NCBI GenBank assembly: GCA_963663275.1
Contig: OY760183.1
Location: 1,408,001-1,472,000, forward strand
Length of the DNA: 64,000 bases
Direction of reading: 5' to 3'
From: Chloroflexota bacterium
GTDB lineage: Bacteria; Chloroflexota; UBA11872; VXOZ01
Part shown: piece after piece, positions 37,403 through 46,706 of the stretch
How the letters are laid out: every line of letters begins with the position of its first letter
Position numbering within the stretch: the first letter of the stretch is position 1
Notes under the pieces: generated by a model
Told to the model about the DNA's origin: nothing
What the model saw: the letters and a program-made list of their open reading frames with translations, nothing else
Database searches by the model: none
Program-made: the position numbers and the translations under genes

Positions 37403-39291
37403 GGGGAATCGCTCCCGCGGCGCTCGCCGCCGTTCGCCGCCGCCAGCGCGCTCTGGAGACCGCCGCCGTCCGTTTGCGCCGCGCGCTGCCGCTCCATGTG
37501 CTCCTCTTGTTCCTGCAACTGATAGACGTACATGTCGCGGTAGAGGCCCTCCCGCGTCACCAGGTCGCTATGCGTGCCGCGCTGCACGATGCGCCCGGCG
37601 TCCAGCACGACGATCTCGTTGGCCTCGCGCACGCTGGAGACGCGCTGCGCGATGATGAAGGACGTGCGCCCCTGCATGAGCCGGTTGAGCGCCTCTTGCA
37701 GCGCGGCCTCGGTGCGCGTGTCCACTGCCGAGGTGGATTCATCCAGGACGAGAACGCGGGGGTCGAGCAGCAGCGCCCGCGCAATGGCGACGCGCTGCTT
37801 CTGGCCGCCGGAGAGCGTCACGCCGCGCTCGCCCACGTGGGTCTCGTAGCCGTCCGGGAACTGCATGATGAAGTCGTGGGCCTGGGCGGCCTTGGCGGCC
37901 GCGATCACGCCCTCCGCGGTGGCGTCCGGCCGGCCGTAGGAGATGTTTTCGCGGATGGAGGCGGCAAAGAGGAAGGTCTCCTGCGCCACCAGGCCGATGT
38001 GCTGCCGCAGGGCGCGGAAGGTGAGGTCGCGGATGTCGTGGCCGTCCAGGGTGATGCGGCCGGCGGTGACGTCGTAGAAGCGGGGCAGCAGGTTGATGAT
38101 GGTGCTCTTGCCGGAGCCGGTGATGCCCACGATGCCGATCACGTCGCCGGCCTTGGCTTCCAGGGTAATTTCTTCCAGCACCGGCAGGCCGCCGGCTCTG
38201 TAGGCGACCGCCTCGAACTTGACGTTGCCCGCCACCGACGCCAGGTCCAGCGCGTCGGGCTTCTCTTCGATCTCCGATTGCATGTCGAGGATTTCGAAGA
38301 TGCGCTCGCCCGCGGCAATGGCGCGGGCGTAGGTGTTGATGGTCATGCCCAGCATCCGGATGGGACGCTGCAAGAGCATGAGGTAGGCGCTGAACTCCAC
38401 CAGCGTGCCGAGGCTCATGCCGCCTCCCATCACTTGCAGGCCGCCGTACCAGACCACCGCCGTGGTGCCGATGCCGGCGATGAATTGCAGCAGCGGGTTG
38501 CGCATGGCAAAGAGTTCCATGGTGCGCACGGTTGCTTGGGCGAGCCGGTCGGAACTGCGCGCGAACTTGACCGACTCCCGGTCCTCCTGGGCAAAGGCCC
38601 GCACCACGCGCATGCCGGAAAGGTCTTCCTGCAGCACAGTGCTGAGTTGGGCGGTCTCCTGCTGCACCCGGCTGAACATGGGCCGCAGTTGGCGGGCGAA
38701 GAGGTAGGCAATGGCGAAGAGCACCGGCATCGTCGCCAGTGAGAGGAGCGCCAGGCGCCAGTGCGTCAACAGGAGCACGGCCAGCACCGCCACGAACGTC
38801 AGCAGCATGAGCGCGCCGTTGATGAGGCCCTGGGAGACGAAGAAGCGGATTTGCTCCACGTCGCTGGTGGCCCGGGACATGAGTTGCCCGGTCTGGGAGC
38901 GGTCGTGGTAGGCAAAGGAGAGGCGCTGGTACTGGTTGAAGATGCGGTTGCGCAGGTCGAAGCAGGTGCGCTGGGAGAGATACTCGGACAGGAAGACCTG
39001 CGCGAAGGTGAAGATGCCCTTGACGAGGGTAGCGGCGATGATCAGTCCGGCAAAGAAGAAGAGCGCCTGCATCAGTTGGCGCGCCAGTTCTTCGTCTACG
39101 ATGCTGCTGAACTCACCGGCGAAGATGTGCAACACGCGCGTTTGGCGGTTGAGGGCTTCGTCTACGACGTCGCCCATGAGGCGGGGAATTACGAGGCTGA
39201 GCAGGGTGTTGCCGAGCAGCGCGCCATAGGCCAGAAAGGCCAGTTTCCGGTAGCGCCAGGTGTAGAAGAAGAGCCGCCGCAGCGTATCCAT
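37399..39291 (-). CDS. ABC exporter, fused permease/ATPase (heterodimer subunit, degenerate site)
   Basis: GITGSGKS, LSGGQKQ, LDES and switch IAQR (His to Gln); 4-nt overlap with its partner. Confidence 0.93.
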   Translation of the reverse strand: MDTLRRLFFYTWRYRKLAFLAYGALLGNTLLSLVIPRLMGDVVDEALNRQTRVLHIFAGEFSSIVDEELARQLMQALFFFAGLIIAATLVKGIFTFAQVFLSEYLSQRTCFDLRNRIFNQYQRLSFAYHDRSQTGQLMSRATSDVEQIRFFVSQGLINGALMLLTFVAVLAVLLLTHWRLALLSLATMPVLFAIAYLFARQLRPMFSRVQQETAQLSTVLQEDLSGMRVVRAFAQEDRESVKFARSSDRLAQATVRTMELFAMRNPLLQFIAGIGTTAVVWYGGLQVMGGGMSLGTLVEFSAYLMLLQRPIRMLGMTINTYARAIAAGERIFEILDMQSEIEEKPDALDLASVAGNVKFEAVAYRAGGLPVLEEITLEAKAGDVIGIVGITGSGKSTIINLLPRFYDVTAGRITLDGHDIRDLTFRALRQHIGLVAQETFLFAASIRENISYGRPDATAEGVIAAAKAAQAHDFIMQFPDGYETHVGERGVTLSGGQKQRVAIARALLLDPRVLVLDESTSAVDTRTEAALQEALNRLMQGRTSFIIAQRVSSVREANEIVVLDAGRIVQRGTHSDLVTREGLYRDMYVYQLQEQEEHMERQRAAQTDGGGLQSALAAANGGERRGSDSP

Positions 39292-39442
39292 CGTCGGCTG
39301 CTCCGCGCCTCCTGTTCTCTGCTCCGCAGGCTCTCAACGCGCCGGTAGCGGGACGCTCGCCAGCGAGGAGCGAGCGGTAGATTCCAGACACTAACCCACA
39401 CGTTCACGTTAATGTCTATCCTAGCATGGGCGGTATTGACGG

Positions 39443-40279
39443 TCAAACGGACGCGCCGGCCGGTTCGGGTTGGCAGCGCGGGCAGAAGTGGGTGCCGCGC
39501 TGGGCCACCACGATGCGCGCGATTGGCGCGCCGCAGGTGAGGCACGGCTCGCCCGCGCGGCGGTAGACGGCCAGGTGTTGCCGGTGGCGGCCGGGCCTGC
39601 CTTCCGCGTCGCTGTAGACGGCGTCGAAGGTGGTGCCGCCGTTGGCGATGGCGGCGCGCAACGTGCGCCGGATGGCGTCGAGCAGGGCGGCGGTCTCTTT
39701 GTGGCTGAGGGCGCCGGCCGGCCGGCGGGGATGCAGGTTGCAGGCGTGCAGCGCCTCGTCCACGTAGATGTTGCCCAGTCCCGCGATGAAGCGCTGGTTG
39801 AGCAGGAGCGACTTGAGCGGCGCGGTGCGCTCTGCAAGGCGTTCCCGCAAGGCGGCCGCGGTCAGATCGGGAGCGAACGGCTCGGGGCCGAGCGGGGCGA
39901 AGAGTTCCGCCAGGCGGTCGTCGTCCACCAGCCAGATACGCCCGAAGCGGCGCATGTCGTAGAAGCAGAGCGCGCGCTCGGAGCGGAGGTTCCACTGCGC
40001 GCGCAGGTAGCGCGTCTCGTCCACCTGGCCCACGAGCCTGAGGCGGCCGCTCATGCGCAGGTGCACGACCAAATTGCTTGTATCCAGGGCAAAGACGAGA
40101 AATTTCGCCCGGCGGTTGACCGCGCGGATGCGCCGGCCCGGCAGCAGCGCGGCGATTGCGTGCGGGTCCGGCTCGACCACGGCGTGGGGATCCAGCAGCG
40201 GCACGGCGTCTATCACGTCATCGCAAAGATGGGGCGCCAGGCTGCGGCGAATGGTCTCGACCTCGGGTAGTTCAGGCAT
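39443..40279 (-). CDS. mutM: Formamidopyrimidine-DNA glycosylase
   Basis: MPELPEVE, HLRMSG, GLGNIY and C-terminal zinc finger CLTC...CPRCQ. Confidence 0.97.
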   Translation of the reverse strand: MPELPEVETIRRSLAPHLCDDVIDAVPLLDPHAVVEPDPHAIAALLPGRRIRAVNRRAKFLVFALDTSNLVVHLRMSGRLRLVGQVDETRYLRAQWNLRSERALCFYDMRRFGRIWLVDDDRLAELFAPLGPEPFAPDLTAAALRERLAERTAPLKSLLLNQRFIAGLGNIYVDEALHACNLHPRRPAGALSHKETAALLDAIRRTLRAAIANGGTTFDAVYSDAEGRPGRHRQHLAVYRRAGEPCLTCGAPIARIVVAQRGTHFCPRCQPEPAGASV

Positions 40280-40284
40280 GATGC

Positions 40285-40902
40285 TTAACGCAGGGTTTCG
40301 CCGGTGAGGCGCAACTCACCCGGCACGATGTGCACGCTGGTTACCCGTATCCCGTACTCCGTCCTGAAGAACGTGTCCAGGTGTTTATTGGCGTCCTTCA
40401 TCGCCTCCGCCATGTACCCCGCCGGCACCGGGATGATGCCGAGCCTGCCCTTCACCGCGTCCGCCTCTACCTTGCCGTCGCGCACGACGAGGCGTCCGCT
40501 CACCTGGATCGTCGTGCGGATTGGACGCTGCAACGTGCCTTGGATGATGAAGGCGTCTTGCTGGAACGTAAGGGCAATGTCCGTTACCTCGCCGTCGGGG
40601 TTGTTCACGGCGATGGCGGCTTCGATCTTGGGGATCAATTCGTGTGCGGTGAGCGTCATGGTGACGTGCCCCGGGGCTGTGGAAGGACAGAGGAATACCG
40701 GCAGCAGCGGCGGCTCGGCCTGCGGCGGCAGGCAGGAGACCCACGTCGCCGGCGCTTGCGCCGCTGCCGCTGGCGGCGCGGGACGGGACTCTTGCACCGT
40801 ATCGCCGGTCTGAGGCGGTACAATCTCACCGCCGCAGTGCGCGAGGAACACCATGCACGCGACGACGGCTAATCTCTTGGCTTGCAACCGGATCCGCCCC
40901 AT
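40285..40902 (-). CDS. Putative lipoprotein, LmeA/DUF2993-like fold
   Basis: Signal peptide with LAHC lipobox-like motif; C-terminal VTSVHIVPGELRLTG; paralogous to 41361-42050. Confidence 0.6.
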   Translation of the reverse strand: MGRIRLQAKRLAVVACMVFLAHCGGEIVPPQTGDTVQESRPAPPAAAAQAPATWVSCLPPQAEPPLLPVFLCPSTAPGHVTMTLTAHELIPKIEAAIAVNNPDGEVTDIALTFQQDAFIIQGTLQRPIRTTIQVSGRLVVRDGKVEADAVKGRLGIIPVPAGYMAEAMKDANKHLDTFFRTEYGIRVTSVHIVPGELRLTGETLR

Positions 40903-41043
40903 CGCGCGGCGCCTTCGTTATGCGGCATCACATTGTCATAAACCCATGGTACCGAAATCACCGGCGTTCGTGTTGGCGGCAAGACAACGGCGGACGCCGC
41001 GCGCCGCAGCGGGCGCGCAGAGGTCGGCGCCAAAGCTCTCGCG

Positions 41044-41338
41044 GAGACCTCTGCAAAACCCCTTCCCCATCGAGGGCTGACAGGGGTAGGCAACTGTCAT
41101 TCCGAGCGGAGCGAGGAATCTAGAACCGATATTCTTTCAGCGAAAGCCTTAGATTCCTCTCTCCGCTGCGCTCCGCTCGGAATGACAATAGAACTCGGAT
41201 GTAGTATGCCTACCCCTGTCAGCCATCGAGGGGGAAGGCCGGGATGGGGGTTAACAGGATTGACTTCTGCCATCTGTAGTTGTAGATGCGCCCTGGATAC
41301 CGGCTTTCACCGGAATGACGGAGTTTTGAAAAGGTCTT
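41044..41338. mobile_element. Type-A1 MITE with nested type-B MITE (41075-41223)
   Basis: Ends gagacctctgcaaaac / gttttgaaaaggtct; inner GGCTGACAGGGGTAGGCA...TGCCTACCCCTGTCAGC flanked by CATCGAG twice. Confidence 0.85.
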
Positions 41339-41360
41339 CCGCAGGAGAGCTGGACGTGCG

Positions 41361-42050
41361 CTACCGCTCCAGGCGCTCGCCGGTGACGATGATCTTTCCC
41401 GGAACGATCTCGACACTATCGATGCGCAGCCTGCGCGCGGGGCCGACTTCCCGTGCCAGGAACGTGTTGGCTTGCTCGGTCAGTTGATCGCGCAGCGCCT
41501 CGGGCATCAGGAACGCGCCCATGCGCGCCTCGGTAAACTCGATTTGCACGGTATCTTCACCGACGACGAAGTGTCCGGTGGTCTCCACGGTGGCGCGAAA
41601 CGGCGACGTGAACGTACCCCTGGCCACGAACGTGTCCTGCTCGAACGTGACGACGAAGTTGGAGACCGGCGGATTGTCGAGCGAAGAGAGAAGTTCGCCC
41701 AGCAGCGCGGTCAGGTCGCCGTCGGACACTTCGATTGTGAAGGGGCCGGGTTCGTCGGCCTGGCTGATGGCGTCTTCGGCCCGTTGGATCGCTGCCGCCC
41801 GCTCCGCATCCGGTGACAGAGTGGGCGTCGCGCCGGGCACGGGCGTCGCGGCCGCGCCGGAAGATTGCGTTGATGCGGAATCGCCGGCGACGGTTGCGGT
41901 TGGCGTCGGCGCGTCGCCGCGACTGAAGAGCCCGCTAAGCCCCGTGCCCTCCAGGATGCCCATCCCCACCAGCGCGAGCCCGCCGAGCAGCAACAGCGCG
42001 AGGAACAGGGTAAAGACCAGCGCGGCAAGCGCCTTATAGATCCGCCGCAT
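41361..42050 (-). CDS. Membrane-anchored protein, LmeA/DUF2993-like fold
   Basis: N-terminal TM helix, Pro/Thr linker, C-terminal IDSVEIVPGKIIVTG; start trimmed to MRRIYK. Confidence 0.65.
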   Translation of the reverse strand: MRRIYKALAALVFTLFLALLLLGGLALVGMGILEGTGLSGLFSRGDAPTPTATVAGDSASTQSSGAAATPVPGATPTLSPDAERAAAIQRAEDAISQADEPGPFTIEVSDGDLTALLGELLSSLDNPPVSNFVVTFEQDTFVARGTFTSPFRATVETTGHFVVGEDTVQIEFTEARMGAFLMPEALRDQLTEQANTFLAREVGPARRLRIDSVEIVPGKIIVTGERLER

Positions 42051-42173
42051 GAATCCCAGAGTCGCTTTCTTGCTCGGTGAGGGTGTGCTCTCTACATGGT
42101 ACAATACCGGCGGCTCGAGGCCACTGCTTCCGCCCGGCGGGATGCTGGCGCGGCGCACGATCGGGGAGCACCC

Positions 42174-42770
42174 ATGCAGGATGAGCGCGGGACGGATCTG
42201 CGTGCGGCGGAGGCGGACCGTGAAGAGACTGGCGCGGCGCTGTCCGCCAAGGGCATTCAGACTCTTGCGTGCTTGCGGCGGGCGCGGGCGGCCGCGCCGC
42301 GCAACCCAAACTTGACCGCGCCGGAATGGGAACTGCTTGGCCGGTTCGGCCTGAATTCCGTGGAGGCGGTGCGGCGGCGCATGGGGGAACGCGCGCTGCT
42401 GGCCGCCTACGACGGCGCGCCGGCCGCTCTCATGGAAACACTGGTGGAGCGGGCGGAGTCGCCTGCGCGGGACGGGCGCGGGTCTGCAAACGGACGGCCG
42501 CGCGGAGAGACCCGCCGGGAAACCCTGCTGGAGACGACGCTCTGCTACGAGCCGGACGCCGGGCGCGTGCGCGTGGAGTACGCCATGACGCGGCGGCAGG
42601 TTGCGGTCGACGAGAGCGGTCAATGCCAGGAGACCCGCGACGGCGAGTTCTACGCGGTGGCTTTTGACACGGGCGGCGGTGTCGTCTGGCGGGAGTGGGG
42701 CGCGCTGCGGCGCGTGCCGGGAATACCCGTGGCGCGGCGCGACGTCACGGTCGAGGTCGCCCCCCGGTAG
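42174..42770 (+). CDS. Hypothetical protein
   Basis: GGGGAG RBS before ATG 42174; GC-rich third codon positions; stop codon supplied by the GTAG of a REP half. Confidence 0.55.
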   Translation: MQDERGTDLRAAEADREETGAALSAKGIQTLACLRRARAAAPRNPNLTAPEWELLGRFGLNSVEAVRRRMGERALLAAYDGAPAALMETLVERAESPARDGRGSANGRPRGETRRETLLETTLCYEPDAGRVRVEYAMTRRQVAVDESGQCQETRDGEFYAVAFDTGGGVVWREWGALRRVPGIPVARRDVTVEVAPR

Positions 42771-42842
42771 GGGCACGACACTCCCCGGCAGGGACACGAC
42801 GCCCCCCGGTAGGGGCACGACATGTCGTGCCCCTACCGGGGG
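42761..42842. repeat. Half-REP 21-bp tandem copies plus a 40-bp perfect palindrome (42803-42842)
   Basis: cccccggtaggggcacgaca repeated; CCCCCG-core-CGGGGG. Confidence 0.85.
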
Positions 42843-43062
42843 AGACCGTTGCATAACCCCTTCCCCATCGAAGGCTGACAGGGGTATGTACTATAGAATC
42901 GACTTCACGTGTCATTCCGAAAGGAGCGCAGCGGAGAGAGGAATCTAAGGTGCCACACTACAAAACAGCAGCTCTAGATTCCTCGCTCCGCTCGGAATGA
43001 CATTTACATACCCTTGTCAGCCCATCGAGGGGGAAGGTAGGGATGGGGGTGAAACGGCTTGT
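42842..43062. mobile_element. Truncated type-A1 MITE with nested type-B MITE (42873-43022, opposite orientation)
   Basis: gagaccgttgcataac left end; flanks CATCGAA / CATCGAG; no A1 right end. Confidence 0.8.
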
Positions 43063-43096
43063 CTCTATCCATGTCGCTAAACGTAGGTAATCCCGC

Positions 43097-43855
43097 GTGG
43101 CGCTGCTCAGCCTGACCGACTTTCAGACGCTGCTGCTCATGGGCGGCCTGGTGACGTTCCTTGCCGCCGCCGTCGCGGGCATGACGGGGTTTGGCTACGG
43201 TCTCGTCAGCGTGCCTCTGCTGATGCTCGTGCTGCCGCCCAAGGTGGTGGTGCCGGCGGTCACCACGCACATCTTGCTGCTCTCATTGCTCATACTCCTG
43301 GACGTCGTCAAGCAGGTGAACCTGCGGCGCATCTGGCCGTTGATGGCTACCGGCCTGTTCGGGTTGCCGCTGGGCATCGCCGCGCTGCTCGTGTTGAGCG
43401 AGGGGGCGCTCAAGACGATCGTCGGCGTGGTGATCGTGTGCTTCGCGGTCGCCTTGCTGCTGGGTCTCAACCTGGAGATCAAGAACGAGAGACTTGCGCT
43501 CGCGCCGGTCGGCGTCGCGAGCGGGCTGCTGGCCTCGGGCATCGCCATGGCCGGGCCGCCGGTAATCCTCTTCTTCTCCAACCAGGGCATGCCGAAGCAG
43601 GTGTTTCGCGCGAACCTGGCCGCTTACTTCGTCTTTCTCAACACGATAACTATCCCCGCCCACGCGGCGAGCGGGCTGATCACCGGCGAGGTCGTGCGGT
43701 ACGCGCTGCTCTTCCTGCCGACGCTGGTGGCGGGCATGGCGCTGGGCAGCTTTCTCTCGCGCAAGGCGCCGGAGGCGCTCTTCCGGCGGGTGGTGCTGGT
43801 GGTGGTGCTCTGTACCGGGCTGCTGGCGATAACCTCGGGCATGGGGATCTTCTGA
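43097..43855 (+). CDS. TauE/SafE (sulfite exporter) family membrane protein
   Basis: GMTGFGYGLVSVPLL and AMAGPPV repeats; about 8 TM helices. Confidence 0.88.
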   Translation: MALLSLTDFQTLLLMGGLVTFLAAAVAGMTGFGYGLVSVPLLMLVLPPKVVVPAVTTHILLLSLLILLDVVKQVNLRRIWPLMATGLFGLPLGIAALLVLSEGALKTIVGVVIVCFAVALLLGLNLEIKNERLALAPVGVASGLLASGIAMAGPPVILFFSNQGMPKQVFRANLAAYFVFLNTITIPAHAASGLITGEVVRYALLFLPTLVAGMALGSFLSRKAPEALFRRVVLVVVLCTGLLAITSGMGIF

Positions 43856-43947
43856 GCGACTTGGCCGCGATGACGATTGGCACGCGCCCAAAGAGGCGGG
43901 GGACAAGCCCCCGCGCTACGGGGTGGAGGTGTTGGTGGGGGGATGTG

Positions 43948-44490
43948 CTAGCCGGAACGGGATGCGCGGAGCGTTTCCATGACCGCCTCCCAGCGGGCGG
44001 GGTAGCTTTCGTGACTCATGCGCGGTGTGAAGCCCAGTTTCAGGTAGATGTGGATCGCGGGCAGACGCCCGTCGTCGGTGAGCAATTGCACGGATTCAAA
44101 GCCGCGTTCTCGCAAGCGGTGCAGCACCGCCAGCGAGAGCCAGTATCCCAGGCCGTGGCCGCGATGGTCGGGATGCACGCAGACCATGTGCACCGTGCCG
44201 CGCTCCGGCGGGTTCCTCTCCTCGTGAAACGCGGTGGCGGTGCCGACGACCTGTTCGCCCCGTACGGCAAAGAACATGCCCCCGGCGTCGAATCCCGGCG
44301 CGCCGATGATGTTCTCTCGGCACGCCTCGACGGTCCACGACGAGTTCATCGCCACCCGCACGAGATCCGTCCAGAGCGTCTCGTCGTTGGGCCGGTAGGA
44401 GCGGATGCGGTAGGGTTCCGGTACCCGCATGGGGGGCAGGTCGTCCAGGTGCGGACGTTCCATGATCAACTGGGGATTAGCCTTGCTCAC
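43948..44490 (-). CDS. GNAT family N-acetyltransferase
   Basis: VHPDHRGHGLG and AIHIYLKLGF motifs; AAGGAG RBS before GTG. Confidence 0.88.
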   Translation of the reverse strand: MSKANPQLIMERPHLDDLPPMRVPEPYRIRSYRPNDETLWTDLVRVAMNSSWTVEACRENIIGAPGFDAGGMFFAVRGEQVVGTATAFHEERNPPERGTVHMVCVHPDHRGHGLGYWLSLAVLHRLRERGFESVQLLTDDGRLPAIHIYLKLGFTPRMSHESYPARWEAVMETLRASRSG

Positions 44491-44550
44491 GACGCTGCTC
44501 CTTGCCGTGGCTATTGTTCTCGTCAACGCTCTCGCGCCCCGACGTCCTGC

Positions 44551-44728
44551 CCTCACCCTAACCCTCTCCCAGAGGGAGAGGGGACAAGAGGCGGGCTAGG
44601 CATTGTCAGTTGCCTCTCCGGTTACGCAAAGGTCTCTACAGGAGAGGGAACTTTCAAGACTTTCTCCCACGTGGAGAGGGAACTTTCAAGGTTTTCTTCC
44701 ACATGGAAAAGGAACTTTCAGGATTTTG
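44551..44728. repeat. Hairpin REP, A2 right end and a 32-bp tandem repeat (about 2.7 copies)
   Basis: cctctccggttacgcaaaggtctc; ggagagggaactttcaag...ccacRt units at 44641, 44673 and 44705. Confidence 0.7.
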
Positions 44729-45902
44729 GAATGGTACCGGCGGGATCGTTGAAGATTGTCCCTCCCCAGGTATCCCGCGTCGGGCGGCTCCAGGGCGTGG
44801 GGATGTGGCGGTACGGATGCCTGCGCAGCGCCTCCTCGTCCAGTTCGATGCCCAGTCCCGGCGCGTCCGGTATGCGCAGCGTGCCGTCCGGTTGCAGGAC
44901 TTCCAACGAGTCTACCACGATGTCCTGCCGCCAGGGACAGCCAAAGAGGAACGATTCCAAAATCAGCACGTTGGGGATGCAGCCGACCGCCTGGAGCGTG
45001 GCCGCCATCGCCACCGGACCGTAGGGATTGTGGGGCGCGACCGGGATGTCGTAGGTCTCGGCCCAGGCGGCGATTTTCTTGGCCTCCAGAATGCCGCCGG
45101 TATGGCTGATGTCGGGCTGGATGACGTCGAGAAGCTGTTGCTCGATGTATTCCCGAAAGCCCCAGCGGGTGAAGAAGCGCTCGCCCGCGGCGATGGGCAT
45201 GCCGATGTGCGCCTGCGCCAGTTTGGCGTAGGCCGCGGGGTTGTCCGGTCGCAGGGGTTCCTCATAGAAGAAGGGCCGGTAGGGGCGCAGCGCCGCAGCC
45301 GCCGCGATCGCGCTGGTGACGTTCAAGCGCCCGTGCACCTCTACGCAGAGATCGACGTCGTCGCCTACGGCTTCCCGCACCGCCGCGACGCTGGCCGCCG
45401 CTTCCCTGATCTCCCGCTCCGAGGCGGTGATCCAGGCGGTGAACGGGTCCCACTTCAAGGCCGTATAGCCTTGCGCCACGACCGCCTCGGCAGCGCGCGC
45501 GAACTCGTGCGGCGTGCTCGCGCCCTCGAACCAGCCGTTGGCGTAGACGCGCACGCGCTCCCGGCACGGCCCGCCCAGCAGCGCGTGCACCGGCAGGCCG
45601 GCGTCCTTGCCCTTGATGTCCCAGCACGCCTGCTCCAGCGCGCTGATGGCGGTGTTGTAGACCGGCCCGGTGCCGCCGTACTCGCCCCGGTGCAGCAGTT
45701 GCAGGTTGTTCTCGATATGGCGGGGGTCTTCGCCAAGCAACACCGCGCCCAGTTCCTCGATGGCGGCGGCCGCGGTGCGCTCTTTCCACGCCAGGGGCGC
45801 TTCGCCCCAGCCGTGGAGGCCGGCGTCCGTGGTGACCTTGGCAAAGACCCAATTCCACCACTGGCCGTCTACGATGAACGTCTGGATACCCGTGATCTTC
45901 AT
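44718..45902 (-). CDS. Mandelate racemase/enolase-superfamily enzyme (galactonate dehydratase-like)
   Basis: GWGEA, WDIKGK, EVHGR, YEEP, AAGER, QPDISHTGG and APHNP motifs. Confidence 0.88.
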   Translation of the reverse strand: MKITGIQTFIVDGQWWNWVFAKVTTDAGLHGWGEAPLAWKERTAAAAIEELGAVLLGEDPRHIENNLQLLHRGEYGGTGPVYNTAISALEQACWDIKGKDAGLPVHALLGGPCRERVRVYANGWFEGASTPHEFARAAEAVVAQGYTALKWDPFTAWITASEREIREAAASVAAVREAVGDDVDLCVEVHGRLNVTSAIAAAAALRPYRPFFYEEPLRPDNPAAYAKLAQAHIGMPIAAGERFFTRWGFREYIEQQLLDVIQPDISHTGGILEAKKIAAWAETYDIPVAPHNPYGPVAMAATLQAVGCIPNVLILESFLFGCPWRQDIVVDSLEVLQPDGTLRIPDAPGLGIELDEEALRRHPYRHIPTPWSRPTRDTWGGTIFNDPAGTIPKS

Positions 45903-45906
45903 GCGG

Positions 45907-46665
45907 CTATGCGATGGGAGTCCGGTGGAACCTGCGGATGAAATCGGCCAGATTGTTGGTGATCACGTCCAGGAACGCCTTGCCTTTTGCGGCGGTGGCC
46001 ACGGTCGGGTCCCCGGCCACGCCGGTGGTGCCCGGGTCGAAGACCGGCCAGAAGTAGACCGGCCCGCCGGTGGGCAAGCGCGTCGGTGGAATGCGCAGGT
46101 CCTTGACCGCCGTGCTCATGTCCACGGTCTCTGCGCGCAGGTGGAGCAGCAGCGAGGTTTCGATTTCGCAGGCGTGGCCGACGTTCTTGCGCTCGCCCTC
46201 GACGATTTGCGCCATTTCCGCCGCCGCCAGGTCCCAGTAGGTGACCGCGGCCACCTCGATGCCCTCGGCGCCGAGTTTCATCGTGGCGGCTTTCATCGTC
46301 TGGTCGTTGCCGCCGTGGCCGTTCAGCAGCAGGACGTGGCGAAAGCCGTGCTGCCAGATGCAGGTGACGATTTCGCGGATCACCTGCGCGAACGTGTCCA
46401 CGCTAAGCGTGAGCGTGCCGGTGAAGTGCATGTGATGAGGCGAAACGCCTGTCCACACCGGCGGCGCGACGAGCACGGGAACGTCGGGCGCGAGGGCCTC
46501 CGCCGCCGCCAGCGCCACGGTCTGCGCCGCGAAGATGTCGGTGTCCACCGGCAGGTGGCGGCCGTGCTGCTCGATCGAGCCTAGCGGCAGTACCACCACG
46601 GCGTCGCGGTCGCGCATGGCGGCGATTTCGTCACGCCGCATCCGCTGCCACTCGAAGTTTTCCAT
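45907..46665 (-). CDS. Creatininase/amidohydrolase family protein
   Basis: GSIEQHGRHLP..D, NGHGGN and HACEIETS motifs. Confidence 0.92.
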   Translation of the reverse strand: MENFEWQRMRRDEIAAMRDRDAVVVLPLGSIEQHGRHLPVDTDIFAAQTVALAAAEALAPDVPVLVAPPVWTGVSPHHMHFTGTLTLSVDTFAQVIREIVTCIWQHGFRHVLLLNGHGGNDQTMKAATMKLGAEGIEVAAVTYWDLAAAEMAQIVEGERKNVGHACEIETSLLLHLRAETVDMSTAVKDLRIPPTRLPTGGPVYFWPVFDPGTTGVAGDPTVATAAKGKAFLDVITNNLADFIRRFHRTPIA

Positions 46666-46706
46666 GCGATGCTCCTTTATGTGCGCCGCTCGTACTACGG
46701 TACTCC

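Noticed and set aside
42051-42854. N-terminal extension of the 497-aa ORF 41361-42854
   Set aside because: Starts within repeat DNA and overlaps a more plausible plus-strand gene; the TM-anchored protein starts at 42050
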